DNA of 63,196 nt, filler included, from Reticulomyxa filosa (lineage: Eukaryota > Protista > Foraminifera): NCBI GenBank assembly GCA_000512085.1. It is 15 parts of 15 records of this genome, joined end to end, with 100 filler letters (N's around TTAATTAATTAA, not from the genome) between each part and the next. Parts side by side here need not be neighbours in the genome. Positions count along the whole stretch, not along the records: positions 2,581 to 26,303 come from ASPP01019678.1; 14 more parts are not named here. One strand, written 5' to 3'. A program made the translations under genes and the position numbers. Position 1 is the first letter of the stretch. Every line of letters begins with the position of its first letter. Shown here piece after piece: positions 13,301 through 26,303 of this stretch. The notes below the pieces were generated by a model. That model saw only the letters and a list, made by a program, of their open reading frames with translations, did no database searches and had not been told where the DNA came from.

Positions 13301-15493
13301 TTGACGCTTGGGTATCTATACGTTTGTTTCTTTTCATTTTTTTTACCGTTCGTGTAATAAACATACTAATCAACATGGAAAAAATTCGACAGGCCAACGA
13401 AAAAATCGCTCTCGAGAAAAAATTAACTGAGTTCCATACACAAATTTGTGAAAAGGAGAATCTGATCAAACAACTAAATTCGAAATTAGCTGTATGTTAT
13501 TTGAAAATACGGACACTTTTCTTTATTTATTTTATTTTATTTTTTGCGATCACAGAAAAAAGACAAAGAGCAAGCCGAAAACATTACAAAATGGGATAAG
13601 TTAAAAAGTGAAGTCATGGTAATTCATGCCAACGTTTGTCAAGTCACGACTGAATTGAAAAATGAAAAGATAAAGCAATCTTTCGATATTCAGCAACTTA
13701 TTGCAAAAACATCACAAGTTAGTATGCTTCTCTTGTCTTCTTTTCGTTCAAAGTGTGTTATCCTTTTTGTTGTTGATCGAAGTTCTATAAACCGGGAGAG
13801 CTTAAGGCCATCAAAGAAGAAGTTTGGAAAACGGCTGTAGAACAAACGAAAGCATCTTTCAAATGCGAAAAGGAAGACCTAGAACGTAATCATCAAGAAA
13901 AAATCGAGGAACATCAAAATGTAATTAAAAAATTGAATGAAGAAATTCAGCAATTGAAATGCCTTCAAAATGCTACTTGTGATAATGTCCCTTCAGATGG
14001 TTTTTGGATTCACAAGGTACATATCAACAAATCTATTCTTTGCATCTTTTTTTGTACACATCATTGTATTAGTATTGGCTCATTATTTTCAAAAGGAAAA
14101 AAGAAAGCGTGAAGCAAGCGTAGAGTTGTTGCCGAATAAAAAGAAAAGGATGGTGGCCAAAATGCAGCGACAAAAGACGGCTTCATCTTTAGAAACTAAG
14201 AAAATCAATATAACTGAAGAAAAATGGTTTCCAAACAATGGTGACATTGTCAATACCATTGGCCGTCTCACAACACTTAACACAGAGATTTTAAGTAGTG
14301 ATATCGACAAACCATCCAACACATTAAAGAATCCTCCGATATCGCTCGATAGAAAACGTCAACCTACTAATTTGGATTGTGTTGCTCTTGGTATGAGACA
14401 ACAAGAAAAAAAAGAGTAGCAATATCTTGAACATTCGGACTCTTGATCACATTAACTCTGTTTTGTTGTTCCCTTACATTTAAGATATCTTGTCAACGGA
14501 CGAAGAAGATTCTGTAAAAGGAAATAAAAGAACAAATACAAGTATCTCCAGCAAAACGCAAATAATAATCCCTGATACACCCTTTATTCAAAGTAACTCG
14601 AAACATTCGAAAGATACAAGTATGCGACCTACATTGAGAAGAAGGGGTTTGACAACAAGTGACATCAAGAATGATGTTACGAATAAATTTATCAAGCACG
14701 AGAAAAATGACAAGGAAAAGAATACAACTGCTTATAATGAAAATTATCACAAAAATTCAATCAACCAAAGCACAAGTAGTGAAGCAGTTATTTGTTGGTG
14801 TGGAAAGCCGACAAGAGAAAGCAAAGGAAGAGTGTACTACAAAAAAGTGTGGATAAATGGAATCAAATACCGTCAATATGATAAATGTCAAATAAAATAC
14901 CCAGGGGATCAAATTTGGGTTAAGTAATAAAAATTAATTCATAAAAAAACGAGAAAATGTAAATCACTTTTAAACTGTATCACTTGTGTGTCACATGAGG
15001 AAATATTTAGCTGGCGAAGATTGTGGGAATGTTTGAAGAAAAAAAAAGTGGGAAAAAGTTTATGAAAAATTTATGGTATTGGGACCGAAGAGATTTGTTA
15101 AACAATGGATTGAAGGAAACACAGTTACCAAAAGAATCATTTCCAAATGAAAGATTTGAATGCATGCAATCAAATACAGATATCAATCCCTTAAGTTTGA
15201 TTGAAGCAAAAGTGACCATTTTACATAAATCGCAGCTGCCTCCAAATTTTACTATTAATGGAAAACATCCTGTTTATTTTACAAGATATTTTTTTGATCT
15301 GGCTACTCACGAGATCGTACCACAAACTGTTAATCTTTTACGTTTGTATTATTTCTTGTTTAGTTCGATCTACTACAGCCACTGTTTTCAATTGTCATAG
15401 TGTCCTGGTGATGATATCGGTTCCTCAGCATCTTCTTCAATGTCATGTGACGACATTGAAGGCAATGACAAAATCTTTAACGAACTACTTTGA
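10321..15493 (+). CDS. Divergent kinesin (kinesin-6-like motor) - long coiled coil - basic NLS - C-terminal BAH domain; multi-exon gene
   Basis: Motor motifs EVYLRIRP, FTRVF, TYGVSRSGKT, EIY..DLL, NSSRSH, FCDLAGAD and LTKIL. All introns through the coiled coil and BAH exons can be placed as phase-consistent GT-AG; stop TGA at 15491-15493. Confidence 0.8.
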
Positions 15494-16413
15494 GGATTGT
15501 CGATCTTTGAAAGTAATTTTTTCCGGTGCAATTTTTTGTTCTCACTTCTCAATAATTACTTAATGTAACTAAGACGCAATTAGAAAGAGGATCTTTGATG
15601 ATATGTTGGTGAATCTAGTATAAAATGCAAATATAAGTAGTTCATGAGGAAGGCTATGGTTTTTTTGTTTGTGGTCTTATGGACCAAGGTTGATGACGCT
15701 GTTCAAATTTGTCAAGTGCTGTATTTTGAAAATTAAGCACTTGATTCTCGAAAAACAAATATCTTCATCACACAACGTATCCATATTGAAAGCGCTTGTA
15801 CCGTCCAATATCCTTCATTAATAATAACTATGAGCTGGTAGATACTGTAAATCACAGAATCACTTTGAAACAGTATTAAAAATAAAACATGATGGTAGCC
15901 TGCAAAAACGTTCTCCTTCTGCTTGTTAATGTTCAGCAAGTGGCTGAAAAAAGGAAACCTAAACATTTTACTTACCAGTAAAATTCCTCGAAACATCTGC
16001 AACTATTGTGATTTACACTATGAAATTTTTTAAAGGTTATTTTCAATCCAAGATTTCTTGAATCAAGAGCGAAAACTATCCAAATTAAAAGATCATATAA
16101 TCACACTAATAATGTATTATCTAAAAAGAAAAGCGGATGATTTGTCTTATTTTGTTCTAGACAGCTGTAACTTTTCAATAAATCAATATTTTGATATAGC
16201 TTGAAAATATGTATTTTAACAATCCAAAGTCTTAAGATAAAAAGAAAAAATGTCAAGCTATTGTCTTTTACAATATTGGAGTATTTCCTCAAGACATTAT
16301 TCGTCGATATTATTCAACAAAAATAAGAGGTTGAAACAAGTACGCAAGACTTTTGTTAGTGTCCGCTCTTTTTTATTTCTCTTTTCTGTTGTTGTATTTA
16401 GTAATCTCGAGAG

Positions 16414-19400
16414 ATGAAACATCTATGGCTTGGGCTTATAATCTTATTATGGTTAAACAAAATTGGAAGTGCGCTTGGGACAGTAGTGACTGAATGCAGA
16501 AAACAACAAGAGTGCGAAAACCAAATATTAACTTGTACAGGCGCCAAAAAATGTGAGTTAATGTGTTTAGATTATCGCAGTTGTCACAACGTGTACTACC
16601 GAATACTCGATCCGGACGTTGAACAAGTTGTCGTCCAGTTAGCCGGAGAGTCAAGTGGAGAAAGTATGATCATTGACTCTTCAAATAGTACAAGAAATAG
16701 ACGGGTCATTCAAATAATGAGCAGTAATATTAGTGCTGCCAAAGCACTCCGTGTATTTGGGCAAAGAAATGATCTGATCGAACTGCAGTGTTTGACAGAA
16801 AACAGCTGTGAGGAAAATCAAATTCACGCCATCAAAAGTAAATCCTTGGCGATTGATTGTATTAGCAATAACTCATGCAATAATATTAAAATGTACTGTT
16901 CGTCAATACTTCCTGATTATAATCACAACGGTGAGTGTCGTATTCAATGCCATGACACGCTTAGTGGCGATCATAGCTGCCAAGTTAAATTGCTTACATT
17001 TTCTGTGTCCTTCACAATTAAAAAAGCAACCATGTTTTGCACAACTAATCGTAGGATATCGAAATATGGACGCGTCATTCGTCACAAGTGAAGATGACCT
17101 GTAATAACAGACATTTGTGTCCTCGCGCAATAATGGTTCGATGGAGGGAGAGTATACGTCGTTTTAAAAAAAAAATTTTGTAATTTAAAATAAACCCAAA
17201 AAAATTCAGATATCTAAAAAATCTAAGTAAAAACTATTGCGTGCAAAACAGCATTATGGGAAAAAATATGAAATAAACTGTACGTATGAACCTACCCTTT
17301 CGAGTGGTTGGAAGTGTCCCTTGCATGAAGAACTGAAAAGTGTGCTTGATGTAATTGGTAAGTAACTTTCGTGAATAAAAGTGCAGGGAGTGAATAAGTG
17401 GTAAATGTTTTTTTTGTAAAAAAAAAAGAAACCAACAACAAATTAAATCCATGGAAAAGTAATTTGGACGAAGTTCCTGAAACAAAAGTAATGTATTGCA
17501 ATACAACAAACGGAGAATGTGTTTGCACTGGCGACCAAAGGTGCATTTCATTTTTTTTTTTTTAAGTATACGTCCAAAAATATACCGTTCAAAAATTATT
17601 TGCTGGACATTTACTGATACCTAAAGTATATTGAAAAAGGGGCTTAATACGAAACAAAAAAAAAGCAGTTTGCACGTATATGTGTGTACAAATATGGGGG
17701 AATGGAAAATAGTTGTTATAGATATAGACTAATTTGTAAAGCTCCACATTGTAGTGTGCATTGTGCCGGAATGTCAGCCTGCGAAGAAACGATAGTAGAT
17801 GCGTCGAGTGTAGATCTAGAATCGCTGAAAGTGAAAATAGAAGGGGTTCGAGGTGGGGCCAAGATGCGAATCATTGGGTACGAAATGAACTTTACGGAAA
17901 GTAGACTGCAAAGTTCATTGCAGCGATTGAAAAATGGAAAACTGTTGTACATGGAAGTCAAAGTGAGTGGAGATCAAGGATTTGTGGAAGGTCAGATTTA
18001 TGCTGCTCACGGAACAAAAGTGCAAGTACAATGTGATGGGAGCTGGTCGTGTGCATGGAGTGAATTCCTTGTTTCCAATGCTCAGTCATTGCAAGTGCAA
18101 TGTACCAGTGCCAATGATGAAAACAACAGCACTACAAGCCATGCATTGCAATCACAAAAGAGCCACTGTTTGGAACGTGCAGTCGTGTACTGTCCAGTGA
18201 GTGCTGCTCTAGATCGTCGTCCGGAACAATGCATAGTTGATTGCGGACATGGTCAACACAATTGCAAAGCAATGAAGCTATTTCATATCGGAGGAGTGGA
18301 TGGAATGCATTTGAACTGCAAGTCCACGCTGCATTCGAGTCTGTGTGAAGAGATGCACGTATATTGTGGATTGGGTTTGGAACGCCATTGCATTATGGAC
18401 AAGACGTTGTCGAATGAGTTTGCTTCTAATGAATGTTCGATTTGTAGCTACATGGCGGACCTCCCCATCCAAGTCTCCAGTGGCAATTATTGGATTGCAG
18501 ATTACCCTTACAAGTACCGGAACAAAGTGATCAGTTGCGACCCGATCTTGGGCGGAGACTCGTGCGTTATTGTGAGCGGAACCCTGTCGTACGTGAAAAT
18601 GTCCAGAGCAGATGCGGAGCGATCCATTATTGTCCCGAATGATATCTCCAAAGTCTGGATTTATGGTCACTCGGAATACTCGTTTGCGCATTCCATAATC
18701 AACCCCGATCTCACCTCAAACACCAGCGAACTGCATCTGTTTTCCGTTCACAAGCACTCTATCTTTCAAAGTGCACAAATCTTTGTACCTTTGCAGTTGC
18801 TCGAGTTGCAATGCCATACCCTTGCATCGTGCTCCAACTCAGTCGTCTTTACGTCTCGGCGCCACTTGCAGACTTGGCCTCATGTCCACATTGCATGCAC
18901 AGCTCCATCCTCGTGCTCCAACAGTCTTTGGCACTTGCACTACACACCGCAACTACATACCAATATCACTTGCTTTCAATCGCATAATGCATGTAAACAC
19001 ACGATATTGCATGTTGGTTTATTGAACGACCTGGGATTGCCCTCAACGTCCATAGATCCAATGTCGTCGGCCAATTTGACATGCGTTGACAATGCATCTT
19101 TGTCTCCAATGCCGTGCAAATACATAAAGATACAGCGGCATATACTTCGTCGCTTGCTGCAGTTTCCTACATTCCCTCCTACAGTCAGTCCGACAAAGTC
19201 ACCGACAAAGCCACCGACGACAAAATCACCGACGACAAAGCCACCGACGACAAAGTCACCATCTAGGCATCCAACTAAGCGACCAACTAAGCAACCAACT
19301 AAGCAGCCAACTAAGCAACCAACGCAATTACCAACAATCGCTCCAACTACGCCGACAAAGAGTCCAACAAATAGTCCAACCATACCGACAAAGAATCCAA

Positions 19401-22400
19401 CAAAGAGCCCAACCATACCGACAAAGAGCCCAACAAAGAATCCAACCACACCGACGGTGGCCCCGACAATGGAGCCCACCAAACGCCCATCAAAACATCC
19501 AACCCAATATCCAACGATCAATCCAAGCAGATTCCCAAGTGTTCCTCCCACCCGATTTCCGACGCCTCGTCCAAGCAAATTCCCAAGTATTCCTCCCACC
19601 CAACATCCAACGATCAGTCCAAGTGTTCCTCCCACCCGATATCCAACGATCAGTCCGAGCCGTCATCCCAGTAGCTCCCCGACCATTCATCCGACCAGGC
19701 ACCCAACCAGGCATCCAACCAGGCATCCAACCAAGAGTCCGACCAAACTCCCAAGCAACTTTCCGACACCATATCCGAGCAAGCGACCGACGGTAGTTCC
19801 GAGTCACTTTCCGACAAAGATTCCGACAAAGATTCCAACAAAGAATCCGACAAAGATTCCAACAAAGAATCCGACAAAGAATCCCACAAAGAATCCCACA
19901 AAGAATCCTACAAAGAATCCTACCACAAAGAATCCCACCACAAAGAATCCCACAAAGAAACCGACAGTTAATCCTACCACAAAGAATCCTACAATAAACC
20001 CCACGAAGAATCCAACAAAAATTCCAACGCAATATCCGACAACAACGGCCATACCAACCACGACAACCGTAACACCGAGGCCAAGTACGTATCCAACACA
20101 GGCGCCCCAAAGGAAGCCTACGAAAACTCCGACGAAGCCCCCGACCACGGCAAAGCCGACATACAGACCCACGTTCCCTCCGGACGTGCTGACAGTGTCA
20201 TTGAGCATTCCCGTGTCCAACTCGGACAATACGGTGAATCCGAACGTGCGATTCCAGATGACATCGACCATCGACTTTGTGAGCGGGAGCAAGAACTATA
20301 GCATCATATCTTCGGCGAACGTAAAGAGTTTCTGGAAGCTGTATGACATGGCAGCGAACGTGCAATACAACCTGTCAACCAGTTACTCTACCTTGTCTAA
20401 TACATATGACTTTGTGTCTTCGCGTCAATCGGCCGCGCTTGTGCAAAGTACCAATGGCAGCACGACCTCTTACCACGTCGTAGACGCATTTGTGTTCAAC
20501 TCTAAGTTTGGATATGCGCAATCCAGTCTCTATACTATGGATATTTGCAACAAGGGAGGCGGCCTTCTGCTCGCGGGCCGTAGATACAGACTGTCGGTGC
20601 TTGCAGTCGTGTCGTATCACGATAGTCGAGGGAACCAAAATGTGTCGTCCACCCAATACTTGTATTTCCAAGTCAACTCGCCGCCAAACAACGGTACGTT
20701 CCGCAATGCCACGTGTTCGATCACTCCGACGCAGGGTAACGCGTTCACAGAGACCTTCACCATGTTTTGCACAAACGAGTGGACAGACGACACAAGCAGC
20801 GTCTTGTATTTCAACTTTGTCATGAACAGTGTGTTCGTATCGTCGTATTACACTTTCAACACAACCACCAAGACTGGGTCATCCTCCAATGACAACAACA
20901 ATAATAATGGTATTTATTACAATTCGATAAGTCATACTATTACGTACTCCACCACATTGTCCACGGACGTGAGCGAAGTGATTGCAATCATTATCGACAA
21001 CTACGCGGCGGCCACATGCATTCACATCCCCGTGACTGTGTTGGAAGGAAAAGCGTTCCAAAACACGACCCCGTCCAACTTTTTTAATGTTTCATCTCCG
21101 CAGTCGTCGATTGTGGGCTCGTTGCTGTTGGGCAGCTCCAATACGACAGTCGACCTGAACAACGCCAGCGAGGTGAAGGGACTGTTGAACACCGAACTGT
21201 ACGTGAACGGTACACTGGACTCGACCAAGGTCGTCCAAGTGATCTCCAATCTGACCAAGACCTCTTCCGCCTACACCTCATACGTCAACCAGCTATCCTC
21301 CGTGTCCCTCACCGATGTCCCCGTCATCGTCAACTTCTCCTACTCCGTCGTGAATTACGCGCTGGTCCTCGTCAATACTCTGCAGCCACAGAACTTGGAC
21401 AGCGTGTCGCAGGCCTTGACAGTGCTATCCTCGGCCACCCAAGGCATAGGTAGTATCTGCTCTGGCAGTCTTGCGGCCAGCAACGTGTCTTCCGCCGCGT
21501 CCAGAGCGGCATCTGCTCCAGAACACGTATCTCTGGCCAATCAAGTATTGAACACGACACAGAAACTCGTGTCCTCGGCGTCCACGCTATTGGTCTCATC
21601 GTCTTCCCAAGCGTCTCTCGACAAGACCACGGCGGTGAATGGACTGACGAGCATTGGCAATGTGCTCAACAACATTGCCTGTTCCACACAAGGAGCAACC
21701 GGAGACAATATCGGCGGTGGTGGTATTGTTGCTAATAAGTCCACCACTGGTAAAACCTTTTTGAACACGGCTCAACACATTGGTCAATTGGCATCCATCG
21801 ACTTGGTCATTGGTGAACGCGTCGAGGTAACCACGCCCGTACTCAATGTCACCGTGTCTCGTGTGTCAACTTCCACTTCTGTGACGAGTAGCAGCTCGTC
21901 CTCTTCCAATAACAAATACTCGACCAAATTGTCCACGAAAGCGACGACGGATGCAGAAGGCGGTGATTCCGAAACTATGGATACGTACCCATCCACAGCT
22001 TGTAGCGATACCGTGTCGTTGCCCGATTCCGCGTTTTCGCCATACGGAAACTATTCCTCCAAAGTAGATTGCGCCGTGGTGAGTTCCAATGTCGACCCTT
22101 ATAATCCGGGACAAGAACAAGTTAATGGATTCACAGGTATTGTCGTCAGCGTGAATGTGAGCGTCCCTTTGACAACGGCAGCTGCATACGGCGGAAACGT
22201 CCGTGTCGACTCTTACGCCGCCGAGACTTTTCCGCAGAAATGCAACCCTGTCATTATCCAAATCCAAAATAAACCCTGGGCGAATTACACGGATACGGAG
22301 GTATCGTATCCCTCGTGCGTGTATTACAATACGACACAGACCCAATGGCACGACTATGGCTGCTATGTGTGGGATCGCAACACCAGTGACAACAGTGTCG

Positions 22401-24565
22401 TTTGCGTATGCAATCACACCACTACATTCAGCTTGAAGAAGAGCACGTTCAAACCCAATATCAATTACGTAAAACTAAATTCGTTCCGCGTCATCACCAT
22501 TTCCAATTTGGCCAAGTATCCTGCTGGTTGGATCCTCGTATTGGTCGCCATTACTGTCTTTGCCATACTGCTGTATGTCGCTCCGGATGTCAATGACAAG
22601 CCTTTGATCGCTCACAGTCGAGGCGTGTGGAAAAGCTTTCGAGATGCCAATTGGTACGACTTTCGAGTTGGCATGGAAGCCAATATCTTGTGCAGCCAAG
22701 ATGTGTGGTGGTGGAAGATCATGCGACTCTGGTATATCGCTATTCGCTGTGACCATATGATCGTTGGATTGTTCTTCCGCTACAAAGGCACGGGATATCG
22801 TCGTCAAGCTCGGCTATTTGCGTTTTTGGCCAAGCTGTTCACCTTAACCGCCGCCAATGGTCTCTTCTATGGAAATCCAACCAATCCTTGGGGAAACGAT
22901 TGGATCATTTCCCTTTACGCATCGCTCATTCAAATGCCTTTGGTTTTCGTCAAGTTTTGTTTCAAGCGTTACCAGTCCAAGGAAAAAATGGACAAAGAAG
23001 AATTCAATGTCCAGCTGCGTGCCACGGTTACCTTTTTCTTCTTCATGCATGTCTTTGTCGTTGTTTATTGTTATTATTATTGTTTGTTGTATATATAATA
23101 GCTCGAATTGTTAAAAGCCATTGAAGTTATGTTGCATTAACACTGCTACTGTATATTGGAAGGAAGAACAATGGATGACATTTTGAACAATACCAAAAAA
23201 ATTTAAAAAATTTATGCTTTGTTTTTTTTTTTTTTCTCTTATCTTTTTTTCTTTCTCAAAATTGTTAGTTACAACAACTCGAGTATGGCAGGATAACGAG
23301 AGGTGAAACAACACTGGACAATGGAGAAAAAGGAGAGAAGCCAACGACAGAAACAAAGAGCGAAGAGAAAACAGACACGTTGTGGAATGAAACAAAGTCG
23401 GGCTCAAGTGAGGCAGTACACATGCAAGGGGATATAGAGATGATTACAACAGGAGATGATTTGAATAAACAACCGGTTTCTGCCACTGATGACGAGGCAA
23501 AGGTAACAGTAAAAACGTCGACATCACTGAAAACATCGAAAACACCGAAAACAAAACATTGGAATCCGCGGGACTTTGAAATGATGAACATTGACACACT
23601 GACAAGGATCCTCGAGACTTCTGCGGATATCAACAATGCCAATGCGACCACATCTCCAAACGACAATGCCCAAGATACAGCAGATACCAAATTTGCGCAA
23701 GAGTTGATTGTTTCTGCAGAGCAAAAGTACCTGGCAACTGCTGCATTACGTCGCAAAATTATGGACCAACAATATTCTTGGTGGCACTGGTGCAAGTATG
23801 TGGCATGGGCATTCACTATCTCATGGACTCTCATTTGTGCTATCGTCACTTTAATTTTTGTCATTCGCTTTGATATGCTGCGAAGTGCTAAAAATGGATA
23901 TGAGTCTGCTGTGATCAGCCAATGTCCAAATGGTATTGACATTACAGATATGAACACAATTCAGTACGATGAAACTGAAAAATCTATGGCCGATTATGTA
24001 ACGAAAGTTTCGACATCCACCTTAAATACAGATAACGGATTTGAATTTGGACAATCCGTAGACCGTTGGCTTATGTCCATTTTCATTGGCTTTTTGTTAT
24101 CGCTCTTTGTTTGGCAGCCCTTGTTCGATTTGATTTTACAGGCTATTAAAGTACTTCGATTTGATGTTGAGTGCAAGACTAATCTGTATTTGAAAAAAAA
24201 AAAATAATAAGAACAATCGTAGACAAATACAATTTTGTGTGTATGTAATCAAAAAGCCGAAAGCAGTAAATGAAATATATTTCTTTGCCAATACAAAATT
24301 GTTATTGACACTGGCCGAAAGGAATATCCTAGCCCAAGCAGGCGCCGATATAGAGTCAGATAACGATGTGGACAGCGGATCTGCGGATGAAAACGATGAT
24401 GCGGATTCTCAATCAATAAAAGAACACAAGGAAGAAGAAAATGTAAAATCAGAAATTAAAAATAGGACTAGCAGAATCCTCACCGTGATGAATGAAGTAG
24501 AAAAGAGAGAGTTTATGGAAATGTTGGGCTCTGATATGGATTTGTTACAACAAAACAACCCATAA
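16414..24565 (+). CDS. Polycystin-1/PKDREJ-like surface receptor: signal peptide, Cys-rich repeats, PT-rich stalk, REJ-like region, GAIN/GPS, 5 TM
   Basis: Signal peptide MKHLWLGLIILLW; REJ-like NSPPNNGT..CSITPTQG...F...C..WTDD; GPS CVYY...W...GC...VCVCNHTTTF; PKD1-like H....FFR....RQARL......NGLFYG and WWHWCKYVAW...WLMS..FLLSLFVWQP. Late exons 23269-~24165 and ~24257-24565 join in phase. The join of the first exons (16414-~17540) to the 17669 exon is less certain. Confidence 0.75.
19170..20175 (+). repeat. Coding tandem PTxx repeats (PTKN/PTKS/PTRH), mucin-like stalk
   Basis: Degenerate 12-bp units such as CCNACAAAGAAT inside ORF 17684-23098. Confidence 0.9.
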
Positions 24566-25057
24566 AAGTTACAAAAAAGAGAATTGACTTATTTTTTCCA
24601 TGCAGGTGCAACTACTTTTTTGGTGTAATTTGTTTATTTTCAGATAAAATTATGTAGATCTTTTTGCTGTGAGATATCTTTCTAGCCAATGGACATTCAA
24701 GTTTTGTTAGGATGTACTTGTTCACTAGATAAAAAATCAGGAAATCAGCAACTTTTTTATCTTAAAATCAAATAATTTCTTTTGGAATTGTTAAACATAT
24801 CAAAGTACAGTCGATTTCTTTTTGACTTGTATTTTTGTGTAACACTGCACAATTAATTTTGAAAAAGACAGTATATACGTGAAGTATGTTTTTTGACATA
24901 TAGTGCTGCCTTTTGTTCTTTTTTAAATTGTGAATAGACAATGTCTATGTAATCTTGATAAACAGATTTCTACACGTCTTTTGAAGAAGATATTGTTCAA
25001 CTTTTTTTTTGGGACCTTTTGCACAAAATAAGGATTAATCTACAATAAATATCACTT

Positions 25058-26303
25058 ATGGCACAAGAGAAACCAAAAATAGATACTGGAATGAGTTTAG
25101 CTCAGCGTCGAAGCGCGTTGGATCCAACTAAACTGGGTCTAATAGGCAAACCTCCTCCAAAAAGGGCTTCGCTACAACCAGGGACTGCAAATTCATCTGA
25201 GGCTGCAATCCCGACCGATTTAAATATCAACAAGCCGATCCAAAGTGCAAAAAGACCAAAAACAGTTAAACATTGGCTCTTTAGTTTTTGTTCTTAAAAA
25301 TGAATAGTGTACGTCGAATGATGGTTACTATATAATATTTTATATTTCTTTGTTTACAGAGCAGGCGAAAAAATATTCTCGAAGAAAATGAAGACGAAAA
25401 CGAGGAAGCAAAAGTTCAACTTAAGAGAGAAGAGAGTGAAAGAAAAAGGAGTCACAGCTTTTTTGTAGATTTTTAAAGTATAATTTTTGGAGTCTTTTTT
25501 TTTAGTTTGCAAACTATTGTGCTTACACACATGTGTAATATGTAATTGAAAAGATAACCGAGTATAAACAAAGCGACACGTCTTCTCATTCGCCAAGTTT
25601 CATCAAAACAGTTTGTGGAGAAAAGAAGTATAGCAAAAGGGGCGGCAACATTAAAATAAACATATAAAAAACATGTATTATGTCCATTATGAACAATGTT
25701 GTTTTTTTTTTTTTATTGATTACAAATCAACGAAATGACAAAGGACCAAGAAATTCACCAAAAACCTCTGAACTCGCTTTCTCCAAGCTCGAGACACAGT
25801 GATGTGTTGGCAGCAGCGAGTGATAAGACATCAATTCGAAGGGACACGAGTCCAGTAGTGACGACCCGCATTCAAGCGACGTCAAAGAAGGACACCACTG
25901 ATGTCAACTTGTTGGAGTTGAGCGAATAGATAATGTACATACGTATATACATGTGCATGCAAAAAAGGGAGTAAAGGATCTAAAAACAAAATAAACAATT
26001 GGAACTAGAGACTACAAAGGCCAAATTCAAAGATTGAAAAATGAAGTTTTGCGACTTGCGTTGGCATGTGTGTAGAGTGTAAGTTGATGATATTCACACG
26101 AGAGTTGTATGGTTTGTAGTTGCTGGCGGCAGAAAAGAGAGGGAAAGAGAAAGATGACGAAATAATCAAATTGAATACGCAGTCACTTGACCTAATGAAA
26201 AACTTACGATTGTTAAAATTGATGACAATGTGTTCGTGTGTGCTTTTTTCGCACTGTTTTATTGATTTGTTTGGTTTGTTTATTGCAATTCAAAAAAAAA
26301 AAA
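25058..26303 (+). CDS. Hypothetical spliced protein, low complexity then coiled coil; runs to contig end
   Basis: ATG at 25058 (MAQEKPK...), further coding-like exons near 25360, 25735, 26010 and 26120 flanked by GT/AG. Confidence 0.45.

Noticed and set aside
18976-20292. Antisense ORFs rich in VG/GF repeats
   Set aside because: Shadow frames of the PT-repeat coding strand.
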